Made by a program: the position numbers and the translations under genes. 64,000 nucleotides of DNA, taken from NCBI GenBank assembly GCA_013265495.1, contig MU058221.1, positions 2,356,001 through 2,420,000 of the forward strand, given 5' to 3'. This document shows positions 48,061 to 61,506 of this stretch, in pieces (positions within the stretch are counted from its first letter, which is position 1; the number at the start of each line of letters is the position of its first letter). This stretch comes from Vicugna vicugna (taxonomy: Eukaryota). Under the pieces are notes generated by a model, which had not been told where the DNA came from, ran no database searches, and was given only the letters and a program-made list of their open reading frames with translations.

Positions 48061-48529
48061 TTTTGGGGGAACAGTATAGCACTATGTACGTCTATGGGAT
48101 TATTATTAATACCTAGCAGAACTGCATAGCAAAACAAAATACCCCAAAACTAGTTATATCGGAAGACAACTTTCCACATGAGAGTCTTAGAACCACAGGA
48201 AGTGCTGACAGGGGTCTAGGAAGACCTGCAACAGTTCCCTCATTGTGAACGGACGCCCCGTGGTGTTCGCAATTCTCCCAGCAGCGGCAGAACTGGAAGT
48301 TGGAGCCGCCCCTCTTGTCATGGCGTATTCCCTCTTGATCACCAGGTTGCGTTTCTGGAAGAGAACCTGCAGGGAAAGGGAGCGGCATAATTCTACAGTC
48401 AAAAAGCCTCACCGCGGTGAACCAGCCCGTGGATGGTTCCTGAGCATCCAGCGCCTGGTCAGCCTGGTGTAACGTCCACTGGGGAACAGTAAGTTCCTCC
48501 CTGCCTTGGAGCTGCTTCCAGGTCTTGAG

Positions 48530-49426
48530 GAAGGTGAGACGTGCGCCTAGGACAGATGCGGACGGCAGTAACAAAATCCAGGCTTCACACTAAGCCGGCG
48601 CCGCAGGGCGGCGAGGCAGGGCGGGCGACAGGCAAGGCGCCAGGGCAGGGGCGCTCAGTCCTCGGGGCCGAGCCGCCGCCTGCGACCTTAGGGGAGTGGC
48701 TTACTCTTCCGGCTTAGCTGTCCAGGATGGTAGATAAAGCCACACCCTGCAAACCTTGCTTTTCCTAAGGAACTCAGTGGGTCTTGCTTGAGGCTGAGAA
48801 TCAGTCAATTTCTCTCTCTCTCTGTCTCCCTCCCTCCCTCCTCCCCCCGCAAAGTTTCTAAGTAATTGCTGCTTGCAGGCGTGTTTAGGAAACACTTATT
48901 TAACTGACAGAATCCCACTGCAGAGTGAAGACTCGCACACTAAGAGGGGTTGGAAGATGCAAGGGGAACGTGTCTGTTGGCTTCCTAAGCAGAGCCTGGA
49001 GTCAGCGCCTCAGCCGTCGGCATTGTCCATCATCCAGAAAAGGCAGAGCTCTGCACGGTGCCTGGGGAACCCGAGCCAAAGCTGATCAGCTTCAAGTGGA
49101 ACAGCCTGAGTGCTTCCACCTCTCGGTGTGGTGTGGTGTGGTGTGGTGTGTTGTGTGTCCCACCCCCGCTCCCCTTCTGGGGACGAGGCCAGCTTGCTCT
49201 CATTCAGTCTCCAGTCAGCCCTTACTTATGGGGGACAAAAAAGGAGGGAGAGGCCGGCCTCAGGACTGCCTCCTGCTTTCTGCTTAATTGTTGGCTGGAA
49301 TTCCCTTTATCTGCTAGGGGAACCCACTCCTGGGCATTGCTTTCTTTCCTTGCTGTTTTGTGTCCAATCTGGAGGAAACGCCTTGTTGCCTCCCTGGCAG
49401 AAAACAGTGCAGTGGAGCAGGTGAGT
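48530..49426 (+). promoter_or_regulatory. Small intragenic CpG patch and putative alternative promoter / first exon
   Basis: CpG-dense 48590-48690 (gccggcgccgcagggcggcgaggcagggcgggcgac), (TGTGG)n tract at 49125-49150, consensus donor CAG|GTGAGT at 49420/49421. Confidence 0.4.
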
Positions 49427-52400
49427 GACGGCTTACAGGGTGGAGAAGGAGGCACGATGGTTCCGAGATGACCAGACTGGCCTGCAGAAGCGGGGAGAGG
49501 ACAAAGAAAGACACGGAGAACGTGTCCTTGACGAGACGGGGTAGTATTTGAGTTGTTCAGAGGCACAGGAAAAGTACTCCTGGTAGAAAAAGAGATCTGA
49601 AAGAAAGAGGCATTAAGAAGCCAGGGTGTTCAATGGGAGTTCTCTGGAAATTGGGCTGGAAATAGTTGAACGAAACTGGTAGCTCCGAACGTCTAAAGAA
49701 CGTGTCAGTGAGCAGTGGTTCCTCAAATCCGATTTTCTCATTTCTTGTTCTATGCATATTGGCCTTGTCCTGCTCTCTTTCCTATTTTTATGACGAAAAT
49801 ACTCATAGTAGGTCTTGCAAAGAGCTTTGAGGGCTGACAGCGTAACGGGCACTTGTGAAAGAAGCTCGCGGAGAAGCAAAGTGGGACTTCACAAGGACGT
49901 CCCTGGATGCCTCTTGTCTGCAGACATCCGCACAGGACCCCCTGCCGCAGTGGGCTGGGGAGCGTGGCTAACTCGTCCATCCTGCCAGTTAAGTGAAGAC
50001 ATCACCAGAAGGAAAAACAGATGAGCACAGAACCTTAGCAGGCTGACCGGCTGAATTCAGGACCTGAAGGGGGCAGGAGTGGGGCTCAGGTTGGCCGCAC
50101 TCATTCACATGCGGACCCTGACCAAGGACCCGGCCCAAGCCAGAAGTGACTCATCCTTCTTTACACACTGAGGTTGGAGGTTTCCAGACCAGCTGGAAGA
50201 TGAATTAGACATCCAGAAGCAGCCGCAGTGCTTGTCACAAATTCCCCTGTCCTCTGCCTCTCGCCTCCATCAAGATATTTTAGATTTTTTGTTTAGAACC
50301 AGCCAGCCTGTAGCATAGGTCTTGCCCTGGGCAGGAAACATGTCATGGAGAGAAGTCTTGGTGAAATGTCGTGTTCCTTTTTGAGCCTGATGCCCCAGAT
50401 CCATGTCCAGATTCTGTCTCCTCGTTTCCCAGTCTCTGCCTTCCGTTTCTGAAACTGTCCAGAGCGTCCGGTCCCGGGAGCCATCTCTGCGTCACAGTCA
50501 TAACCTAGGGCCTCGGCTAGGTGCCCGTGAACTGTGTCTCCCTGAGTCCTCGTCACAGTCTAAGGATGTTATTCTTCTCATTTACCCGCGCAGACGTCGG
50601 CGTGCCGAGGCCTTAAGCCATTTCACAAGCTCATATGTTAAGAAAGAGACAGACGTGAAAGTCAAGAAGGAAAGTCTGGGGTTTGTAGCCAAATATGACT
50701 TTATATCCTTTGTTACATATATTCTCCATTAAAGCATCTTCCCTTTTCTTTTTCATTGCATATTATACTAAATATTTTCCGAGACACAGTATAAAAAGAA
50801 TGAAGTACTCTGAAGACGTTCATTAGTAGTTGCTTCTCACCCAAGGTTCTTGGGAACCAGATTCTACAGAGTTTAAGACACCTGGTCAAACTGAAGATTC
50901 AAGCTCAGTACTTAACTGTACAGAGCTCCGGTGGATTGCTTGTCCCAAGGGTTGACTCAGGTCTCCCTCTCCTCTTCTGAATAAACACGCAGCTGTCAAG
51001 GGTCCTCAAAAGACCCCATCAAGCTTTGGCCATCTGCAGGAGAGGACGGGGAGCATGCCAAGGCCACTGGTAGTTTTGCAGAGAAAGTCAAACAAGAAAA
51101 TGATTTGACTTGGAGAGCAAGCGGAGGGGCTAACGGAGGAGCAGCGGCCAAGGCAGAGGTGACAGTTAGCATGGCCCATTCAAGGGACAGTCAGTGCTGA
51201 TTTGCAGGCCCGGGAGAGGTTACCGGGACCCATTCACACACCTCACAGAATGTTTCAGGAAAAGACAGCAGTGAGCCAGTTTGGATGAGAACCAGGTCCA
51301 GGTCTGGCCTGAAATGACTGAAGTAGGGCAAAGCTGGGGCATCGACATTTTGGAATTTTAGGTCCCGTGTCATTTGGCTCAGATGGCATTCTTTAGTAGA
51401 GGAAGCTGAAGTGTCACTGAGGGTGACAAGGCAGAGCTAAATCCCAGGCTCCCACTCCCGACCCGCTGCTCATTGCACCTGGAACCTGAGCAGCACAGAC
51501 AGCACCTGTGGCCTGGGCACCCACAGAGGGGACAGGCGACGAGGACTGTCCCTGCTGCAAAGATTTAAATGACCTGCAGACAGCCCTTAGATGCGGGCAG
51601 ACTCACTGCAGCAGATCATTCCACAGCCTGTCGGGAGGGTTAGTAACCCACGGGGCTGACCATTCATTCCGTCTCTGGCAGGAGAGGCAGCTCCCTGGGA
51701 CACACGCAGCCTCTGTCATCCTGTGCATAGGACAGGTGTCACTATCTAGACGTTTCAGTTTTCCCTACTTGTCCTGGTTGGCAAAAGAGCGCTTCTAATT
51801 AGAGCCTTTCTGGAAGCTGGCTTCAGGCAGTCGGAGTTGGCGTGGGCAGTGAAGTTGGAAGTATCTATTTGATATTCTTGATACAGGTGCCACCATCGCT
51901 GAGCTCTGCACCCGCCACCAGGAAATCTTTGTGAACCACAAAGTGAAGTCCACACACAGGCCAGTGATGCCGCTGAGATAGAAAGGCGTGGCCATCGCGT
52001 ACCTGCAGGATGGGGGTCCCCAAAGCTAAAGGTCGGAAAGTGTGTGATACTGTAACTCGTCCACAGTAAGCCGTCTAGCCATGGTGCGCCCTCTTTTTTT
52101 TTTTTTTTTTGCCTGTTACAGAGATTTTCTCATCCTCCTGTTACCTGGTCAACAGTCCTTGAATTCAGCATTCAAGTTTGAATGTTTGATTGGGTGGGTG
52201 GCTGTATGGCTGTAGAATGATCTGGTGCAATCAGTCTACCCTCGTCCAAGAGCTGTCTGCAGGCTCATTTAGGTCTTTGCCTCAGGGCCAGCCCTAGTCA
52301 CCTGCCATCTCAGTGGGTCCCCAGGCCAGTGACACTCCCAGTGTTGCTCAGATGCCCATTGGAGGGAGCGGTGGCTTGAGAGCTGGAGTCTGGGATTTAG

Positions 52401-54749
52401 CTGGGCCTTGAGACCCTCAACAAGTTTTTAAAAGTCTATTTTAAAGCATTGTTTGATAGACCCTCTTTTTACCCAAATGATTCTGCAGTATGTGTGCAAA
52501 AAGCAGGCGATGAAGAGGGATCTCGCCAGTGTGATCACCTCTCCTTCCTCCTCTGTCTTCTCTTCTCGCTTCTCTTGGTTTCTAATCCACCTCCTACTCT
52601 TCCAGGCTCCTCTCTCTCTCTTTACTCCTCAGGTTCTCTCTCCTCTCCTTTCTTCCCTCCTTCCTTCCTCAACTCCCCGCCACCCCCGGCCCCAGTATCT
52701 AACACCTCTAGGTCCGTCCTTCAGCGCCACCATTTGCCTTGGTGCCTGGTTAAATCAGGACATCCCCCCCACCCCGACCCCAGTCACATGGACTGTCTGC
52801 AGGAGCCACGCAAGCTTAAGAAAATCTCCTGGGGAGAAGGAGGTGTGGGAATGGGAGCCCCGTCTGTGTTTCCTTCAGCTGTTTTTCCTTTAAACAGCCA
52901 CTCCTAGTCACACGTGTGGGATGTGGCTGTGGTTCACGGCGTGGTGAACCGTGGCCTCTTCTGACCAAAGCCAGGAAACGTTTCCTTCCTGGAGAAAACG
53001 GAAATGAGAACTACGTTCCATGCTTTGACCAGGCTGACCTCACGAAGTAGCCAGGTAAACGGGCGCTTTCATTGTAGTTTAGGGAGCCCTGGACAGGCGT
53101 ATCTGTCCCCAGATTCAACACTTTAGCCTTTTTGCCATCACTGTTTACTGCTTTCGATCAAAAAGCTCTTTTTGGTCTCCACAGGAAGCTGCAAATAAGA
53201 GATTGTTAAATGTTAGCTGCTATATGCTTGTTATTAGCCAAACACCTTAGCTTACTATCCAGAGAGAGGGGGGAACTCTGTGCCTTTCAGAGCAACGAAC
53301 AATGCCGTCAGGAGTAGAAATGGAAACCAACACAGAAGTGGCTAACACTGCAGCCTGACTTTACGTAGTTTCAAAACGATCAGCCCTACCTTCCAACCAG
53401 CATGAAAATCTGGTAGTCAGTTATGCGCCGGGAGCTAGGTGATGGCCAGTCCTGTGTGCAGCATCTGTAAATATTGGACTCTCAGCACCCACCCTTTTCT
53501 TCCTGGCCCTGAAGAATGCAAACAGATAATACAATAGAAGTCCGTGACTGCAAATTAGGAGCTGAGATGGTTCTCTCGCTGGGGTGATTTTAAAAGGAAA
53601 TTGGACTTGAGGGAGACAGAGTAAAAACATTAAGGCCAAATGTGTCATTCTGACCATTTACTGAAATGCAGCCCTCTAGAACTCTGGGCTGTCAATTAGT
53701 GTGGGATTTGCGGGATTGTTAGCCTACAAGAGGGACATTTTTATTAGGAGTAGAGGGCAGCTGTTCTTGGCTTAATATGATCTCTGTGGGAGAGTTCTTA
53801 TTGGTCAAAAATCTCTCATTAAATCCATTGATTTCCTAACATGTCAATTCCATTCAGTGATACTTTTTGCAGGCTTTTGGAACCGGGCAACTGTCAGCTC
53901 TCTCTGCTCAGTGATTTTGATGTGATACACTGATGAAAGTAGCCAGGTTCTACTCAGGGGAAGTGATCAAGACGATAAGTTTTTTGGGGGAAGGAAGAAA
54001 TTTGGGAAGCTACAGAAAAGAAATAATAAACGTCAGGGTATCAGCCAGAAGCAGACATTATGGCTGGGTGTGAAATGTGTTTGATGATACAAAAGCCAGA
54101 GCCAGTTAGGCTGTGAAAACAAAAGCCGGGTGACAGAAAGATTTAATTTCAGTAGCCCCAAATGTGTGTCTACTCATTTGAGTGGCTGGTGCTAGATGGT
54201 TCTCAGCTTAGCAGCGGGAAAGGTGCTCAGTTCAGGGAGTCAGCACAGCTGAGACCTGCAGGAGGGTTCTCACCTGGCCTCTGCGGGCTCAGTCTGGTCC
54301 CACCTCTGGGCTACACCATCCCAATAAATAAGCCTGAGATAATGGTGTCTGCCCCTCTGCCACACAGGGGTGTTTTAAAGCATTGAAGTTAAGAGATGGG
54401 GACATAATGGACCAAATTTAAAGCTCTGTGCATGGTGTGTATAGCTTATAAGCCAATTCTGAGCATCAGAAATGTTACAGGAAATGGTGCTGCTAAAACC
54501 CAGGAAGATCAGAAGCCCAGGTACCAGGAGTAATCTGCAAAGAATGCATGGTCTCCTGTTCACGTCGTGAGGCGGTGTCTTCTGGTATCTGATCTGTTCC
54601 CTCTGTGTGGCTTCAAAAGTGATTTCCCAAAACTGTCTATCTGTGGTGAGACCAGTCATGGATACAGGGACCAGGAACCATCGCCTGGCTATTTTCAAAT
54701 GGAAAAGGAGAATATCGCACAGCCAGAATGAGTTCCTTGGGAGCACTGC

Positions 54750-54960
54750 TCCACCCGGCAAGGCACTGTGCTAACTGACACGTGTGTGACGTCAGCTCAT
54801 CCTTATCACAACCCTCTGCTGGAACGATGGTGCAGAGCTCCATTTTGCTGATGAAACTCACGAGATAGGTAACGTGTTCAAAGTCACAGAGCTGTGAGTG
54901 GTGGCAATGCCATTCAGACCCCAGTCAGCCTGGTCGCTTGATGACTCTACTGCACTTCTG
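54750..54960 (-). mobile_element. MIR SINE
   Basis: aggcactgtgctaa...tcacaaccctctg...ctccattttgctgatgaaact...aggtaacgtgttcaaagtcacagagctgtgagtggtggca. Confidence 0.7.
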
Positions 54961-55298
54961 TCCCTGCAGTGCACATCCCCTGAGGGCCTCTAGTGACCCT
55001 GGCGCTGTGCGAGGGGCTGGGGGTTTTGTCTTCATCAGGTGGACTGTTTTTCTCAAGGAACTCATTCTGGTGGCGCAACTGAGCTCTAAACCGAAAATTA
55101 CGATACGGCTTAGTGTGAGAAGTGCCCAGACCACTGAGATGAACTGGAGCTCGGTCCTGCAGGATGAGGCAGGTTACCCATCTAGTCAAAGGAAGGGGAG
55201 AAATCCGCATAGACCACCGGGCAGTGCCAGAGGGAGGGAACCCATGGCCCTTTCACGTGTTCAGAATTTCTATTCAGTGCCCTGATCTAGCGCTGCTG

Positions 55299-55500
55299 TT
55301 TTTTGTTTTATTTTTAAGAATTTTTTTTCTTCTTCTCCTTCTGCATCTTCTTCTTTCTTCTTCTTCTCCTTCCTTCTCTTTTGGGGGGAGGGGGCAGGTA
55401 GGTCTATTTATTTATTTATTTAACGGAGGTACTGGGGATGGAACCCAGGACCTGGTGCATACTAAGCACACGCTCCATCACTGAGCTGTGCCTTCTCGCC
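55299..55500 (-). mobile_element. tRNA-Ala-derived SINE (vic-1-like) with expanded CT-rich tail
   Basis: ggaggtactggggatggaacccaggacctggtgcatactaagcacacgctccatcactgagct; tail includes (cttct)n. Confidence 0.9.
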
Positions 55501-55849
55501 TCTAAGCTCTGTTATTTTAAGATAAGATCTGGTTGCCTGGGAAGCTTATGTTTATTAAAACAGCCGTTTAAAGCCGTAATATTGCATGGAGATCAATCAC
55601 AAGGTATAGTTCAAATAACTACTACAAATAAAGTTTTGGCATTTCTGAAGGCTTTGCTGTTTCTGTAAATGGGAACATAATTCAAGGCGATTCCCTTTAT
55701 GGTGCCGTCTGTCCTATATTCCAACTATTTTTTGTGAGTGGGAGAAGAAAGAGAGTTATGACTGGTGCTCTGGGAGTTGGAGTGGGGAGTGTCTCCTGCC
55801 CTCCTACTTGACTGTCATCTGCTATGTGTGTATCAGAGGGGGAAAAGGG

Positions 55850-56680
55850 TTGAAAATCACTGTAGTGAAGAGTTAAGCCACGTATATACCAAAGGTGCAT
55901 GTAAAAAGTGAAAAAGATTAAATGGAAGGGAGCACCATCAGCCCGTGATGGTGGTTGTCTCTGAATGAATGCAGGGGAAGGGACCAGACCTAGAATGAGG
56001 ATGGAGAGCGCTTTAAACAAATACGTTAACAAATCAGCAATTTTGATGTGGGGTCCATGTTTATTATGTTATTTCTTACATTCCTGGATATTTTCCGTAT
56101 TTTCGCAATATGAAATTAGTTTTTAAATTATTGATGGGAAAAGGAAAAGAATGCATGAAGCCCACATGAGGAAGGGATGGAAAATGAGGTTCACAAAACT
56201 GGGCCAATGCTGGGAAAATGGACCAATTCACCTTGTGATTAAAAAAATACTAATAATGAATCCATGAGAGAACATTTCATAGAGCACAAAAGAAGAATGC
56301 AATTAAAAGTTGGGGAAATCTTTTTTTAATTTTGGGGGGAGTTTTTTGTTTGTTTGTTTTTGGGGGAGGTAATTAGGTTTATTTATTTATTTTAATGGAG
56401 GTACCAGGGATTTGAACCCCTGACCTCATGCAGACTAGGCATGCACTCTATCACTGAGCTGTATACCCCCCACCCAAAACTGGTGAAATCTTGAAAAGGT
56501 GTATAGTTTAATTAATTGTATTGTGCCAATGTCAGTTTCCTGGTTTTGACAATGTGTTGTGCGGTCGTGTAAGAGGTTCTCATGGAGGGGAACTGGGTGA
56601 GCCCACACAGGAACGCACTGCACTGTTTTTGTAACTTCTGGTGGCTTCGTGTTATTTCAGAATACAGAGTTTAAAAATGG
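55850..56680 (+). mobile_element. Old LINE-1 3' fragments (L1ME/L1MC-like) with a nested SINE
   Basis: gatggtggttgtctctg; aattgtattgtgccaatgtcagtttcctggttttgacaatgt...ggggaactgggtgag...ctgtttttgtaacttctg. Confidence 0.6.
56323..56475 (-). mobile_element. tRNA-Ala-derived SINE (vic-1-like)
   Basis: gggggaggtaattaggtttatttatttattttaatggaggtaccagggatttgaacccc...gcatgcactctatcactgagct; TSD aaaagttggggaaatctt / aaaactggtgaaatctt. Confidence 0.9.
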
Positions 56681-57446
56681 CAACGATGGGATGAAATGCA
56701 GGGCATTGACAAGACCTTCCCGGTCTCACGGAGGACTTCTGCCATGACTGTGCCTTTACTAAAGTGGAGAGAGTGTGTTTTCATCTTATCCCTGCATGGA
56801 GCTGGGAGGGGAGGTCTCTCCTACGCAGGGCTTTGAAGGGTGGTAGGAACAAAACGGGCCCCCACCTGTTTCAAGACTCCTTTTATGGGTCTTTTCCTCC
56901 AGATTAACGCCAGTTTTAAAATATGCAGGGTACCTAGGGACAGATAAATTGCCTCATTAGTACACATGTATGATATTCTAACCAAGAACAGTATAACTGC
57001 CTCTTGGAAGGGGCAATGTTAAGATCTTGCCATTGTTACTGCCTTATCATGAGCTAATTCCTTAAATCTATTTCAAGTAACAAGCAACTCTCCACAGCAC
57101 CAGATACCTAGCAGTTACCTGGAATGGGAGGAGGAAGTCGTGGGTTGAGATCAGAACGCCTATAAATCCAGTCTTCCGTGGGAGTCAGATAAGATTGGCA
57201 GAGCGTTGATCGTTACTGGTGTTCCTGTGATGGATGCACGGGGATCCATTGTGACGTTAATAATGTACCGCTGTGTCCTCTGTTTTGTTTATGTGTGTTT
57301 GACATTTTCTAAGGAAAAAAAAAGTTAAAAGAGGAAAAGGTAAGAAATTCTGTATTCCACTCTATTGTCAACGTCTATTAGATGTTATGATTTCCAAAAA
57401 AAAAGTAAAATCATGGGTCTCATACAGATGTAAAAAACGAACACAT

Positions 57447-57910
57447 TATTATGGGTTGCACTGCGTTCCCTTAAAAGATATGTTGAATTTCCAGCCTCTG
57501 GTACCTGTGAACATGACCTTGTTTGGAAATAGGGTGTCTGCAGAGGTCATCAGGTTGAGATGAGGTCAGCAGAGTGGACCCTAAACCAATATGACTGTTG
57601 TCCTAATAAGAAGAGGAAGATGTAGACTCAGACATGCAGGAAGAATGCCATGTGAAGGCAGAACACAGACAAAGGGAAGGTGGCCATGTGACTGGAGGCA
57701 GAGATGGGAATTACGCTGCCACACCCAAGGGATGCCTCGGGCCACCAGAGCTGGAAGGATCCTCCCAAAGAGGAATCTTAGGGAACATGGCCCTGAGGAC
57801 ATCTTAATTTAGGTCTTCCCTCCCCCAGAACCATGACAGAATAAAGTCCTGTTGTGATAAGCCACTCATTTGGTGGTACTTTGTCATGGCACCCTGAGAG
57901 AACTAATACA
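57447..57910 (+). mobile_element. MLT1C-like MaLR solo LTR, full length
   Basis: tattatgggttg...gtacctgtgaacatgaccttgtttggaaatagggt...aataaag...taagccac...aactaataca; exact 5-bp TSD cacat at 57442-57446 and 57911-57915. Confidence 0.92.
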
Positions 57911-58299
57911 CACATGAAAGGTTTTATTTAACTCATTAATGAGGAAACCCATGTGGTGTTAGAACCAGTTCAAAAAAAGGGCACATTTATATGGCCTAAA
58001 CGAAAGGATAGGTAAGCCAACTTGAACCTCTGCTGGAAGAGCACAGTTTGCATGTGCAGAGACAAACATGATTTTGCACTGCACTCTGTTTATCTAAATT
58101 TACAGAGTTCCAAAATAGCTCTCGTTGGCGTCGGTGTCAGATAACCTTGAGGGGTGTCTTCTAGACCATGGGCTGCTTTGGAATAAAACACAAAGATTTT
58201 CTTAAAAGACCAACAAAGCAAAAACAAACAAACAAAACCCAATTTTAAAACCCTGAATACAAATGCTCATTTAAAAAAAGAAAAGGAAATAAAAATAAT

Positions 58300-58520
58300 G
58301 GAGAGTCAGATTTAAGACACACTCTACTGACTGAATGGGTGATATTTTAGAAACTTAACCACACGGTGCCTCTCTTCCCTGTTTGTAAGATGGGAGGAAT
58401 GTTAATAAAGCCACCCGTGAGGTCTGCAGGCGAGGGTTGAAGGAGATAATGCGTGCAGAGTACTTGGCAATGAGGGACTCGGAGCATTCAATAAGTAATC
58501 TCCATTATGGCTATTATTAG
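58300..58520 (+). mobile_element. MIR SINE
   Basis: acttaaccacacggtgcctctcttccctgtttgtaagatgggagg...gagggttgaaggagataatgcgtgcagagtactt...cattcaataa. Confidence 0.7.
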
Positions 58521-61506
58521 CTTAGAGAGTGTGGGGAGACTTAACTTCGAGACTCAGTGGGAGCTTTGTACATTATCAAGTATTAGGCAACCACAGATTA
58601 ACTCCGCAATCATATTACTAACTCTTAACATTGGACTCATTTTAAGATGAAAGTAAGGCGGGGCAATTACAGGCCAGAGTCTGGGACAAGCTAGGCTAAG
58701 AGGAAGGCCGTGGAGTAACACAAAAAAGTGAGTGAGAGTCGGGCCCGGGAGGGAGGAGGCAGGGGAGAGAGATTTGGGCCCAAGGTCAGTTGACGTTGCT
58801 CCAAGCCATTGCTTGGTGTAATGACGGCCATGGTAGCTGTGAAACCTGCCAGTGACCCAGCTTCTAAGCCTTCCTGAGAGAGTCCTTCCGTCCACTGCAG
58901 TTCCTTCTGTTTCAGCCAGAGACCTCACTTCTGAGGGGAGGGGAAGAAAGAGGGGTGGGCTGGGCATTACTCAGACGCTCCGGACAAAAAGGAGGAAAGC
59001 ACGCTCAGGACTGGCTGCCCGCGCCGTCCCCTCCGTGAGGCTGGCCGGCCTCTCAGTGATCTCATTCAAAACACAGCGCTTTCAGCGCCCACCGCCAGTT
59101 GCCGTGCTGGTTGCGTTTCAGAGCTGCGTCTGTGTCGTCCGCTCTGGGCCTGAGACTGCTCCTCAGATTTCCTCCCCGAAGGAGTTTACAGACACTGTAC
59201 AAAGAAACTGATTAAGTAGGTTTTTCCGTTTGCACAGTTTTAATGAAGAAATGATGTTCCTGTTTGTTTATCGGCTTTCTAATTATAACATAATTCAAAA
59301 CATCTTGGTTTCCTGAATTCCGACAATTGTTATTGTCATGGTGGCTTTCTTGCTGCTCTCGCGGAGCAGGTGACATTATTTTTGTAGCTAGATGCCAGGT
59401 GCAGTATTCCATGTTTATTTATGATCTACATATTTTTCTCTTTTCATGTTCCGCTTATCTGTACAAAAGCAGAACGTTAAATATAAGACTTTGCTTCAAA
59501 GAGCCTGGAAGCATTTCCCAGGCGGCCTGAGGATTTGTGGTCTGGCTGGGGGATCGGGCCTGGGTGATGTAGTTCATGACCTCCAGAAAGAGGCCCGAGC
59601 CGCGGGCCCAGCGAGCAGGACCAACCCCCGCTACTCCCAGCAGCCAGCAGGCCATGAACTTGGCAGGAGGACTGATAGACGGGGTCCTGATGTCAGGGGC
59701 TCAAAGGCCACAGGTCAGGAGCTCCAGAAAAGCAGCACAGAGACAGAGGGAGGAGGGCTCAGGACAGGAGACGGAGGCTCTTCTTCCTCCATCCTGGAGT
59801 GTTCGCGATGCGCTGTCCAGAGACCACAGGTGTCTGTTAGAGCCGGCGTCTGGAGGTCTGCAAGTGAACTCTGCCTTGACTGAGATGTGAGCAGGGGTGC
59901 CAGGTCTGTCTCCACCCTCTCAGGGTGCAGGGTGGCATCACTGTCGCTTTGCCCTTGGCCAGGGGAGGGTTGTGATCTGTAAATCTGTCCTGACCTCCGA
60001 TAGGCGTTTGGGTACCATCTGGTTTAACAGCTAGATGGTGAGCCATGTTGCGTCGCCCATGGGGCCAGGTGCCAGGAACACATCCTTGCCCTCCAGGAAC
60101 TTCTACTCGAGATTCTGGAAACTGCTTTGGGATACTTCTGGTTCCAACAAACCACCTAACCTGGCCTGGAAGGGGTGCTCTCCTGGTCTGCTGTAAGGTC
60201 CGACGCCACTTTCAGTATTGCTCGTGGAGAATGCGGCTCACCCGCCTTTTCTCCTTGTGCGTGACTCGGGACTCCAGGGTGGAGAGCCGTGGCTCTCTGT
60301 CCATTTGAAGATACTCCCTGCTCTTCTGAATCATTACGCTTTGCAGTTCGTGCTACAAGGAAGTGTGGTCTAGAGGAAGGCAGATTTTGAGGGAGAACCA
60401 TCCAGAATAGGAATCCCAAATCTTCCCTTTCCTATTTATGGGATGCTGGACAGGTGGCTGGAGACTACTGTGCACGTGGAGAGATACCCCTTGGTTCTCC
60501 CTATGGCCATTGTAGCATTTAGATGAGACAACAGTTATAAAGATCCTGGTCATTGCCCAGAAATTAACAAAGGGCCGTGTGCAGACCAGGGGAGGAGGCA
60601 AGAGTGCTGTGTAGCCATCCAGGATCTGGGGGGCTTTGGCGAGTCCTGGCATTGTCAGAGTACTTCACCTCTGGCCCGCAAAACCCTTGTTTATGAAATG
60701 AGGGTTTGGGCTAGAGGAGCCCTCAGGGCCCTTCTCGCAGGAAGATGCTGTGATTCGTTGCCGTGGGCATCCAGTGCCAGTGCTGACTTTGGTGGCCCTT
60801 TCCTGTGGAGAGTCAGTATGCACTGCTCTGAAATCTTCCTTCTTGCTATTCCCCACACGTGAGCTCTTGCACGGTTTTCTCCCAGCATCATAACCATCCT
60901 TTATCTTCACAACTAACCCTCTTTGGTGTTGGCTTCTGATCCTGGGTCTTCCTTCCCAGGGATTTTCCTACTGTGGACATTTCTATCTTGCCTGTGTTCT
61001 TTCCTGTTCTTTTCTCTGATAACTTTTTTTTTTGTTCTATACTCCTTGGCTCCTTGTAAAAAGTGGGGCCAGTGATCTTTATATCCTTATTTTATTTTCC
61101 TTCACCCTGTTAATTAAGTTGTACACTAGCCACCTGCCATGTTTATTAATGAAGCTGCTACTTAAGTGCTAATGAAGTCCAGTGTCATTGGCTTTATTGC
61201 TTCTGCTCAACTTCCCTACTGGACAGAGGCCTGTTGAACGGGAGACCCGTGCTCACTTCATTGACACGGCGGCACACCACTCTGCTGTGTCATCGCTTCC
61301 CTCGCACCATGTTTGTTTTCTCTTTCTTTAAGTGGGTCTTTCTTCCTGGAAGGCCACCTCGATGTAATCCAGGCACAGCAGTGTCCAGTTGCCATTTCTG
61401 TGCCAGGAATCGTGCTCGCTACTGGAGTTCAGAGAAAGACACGACGTGGCACCTGTCCTTGTGAAGCTTAGAGTTGACTGGAGGAGGCCAGGAAGCACAC
61501 AGGGAT

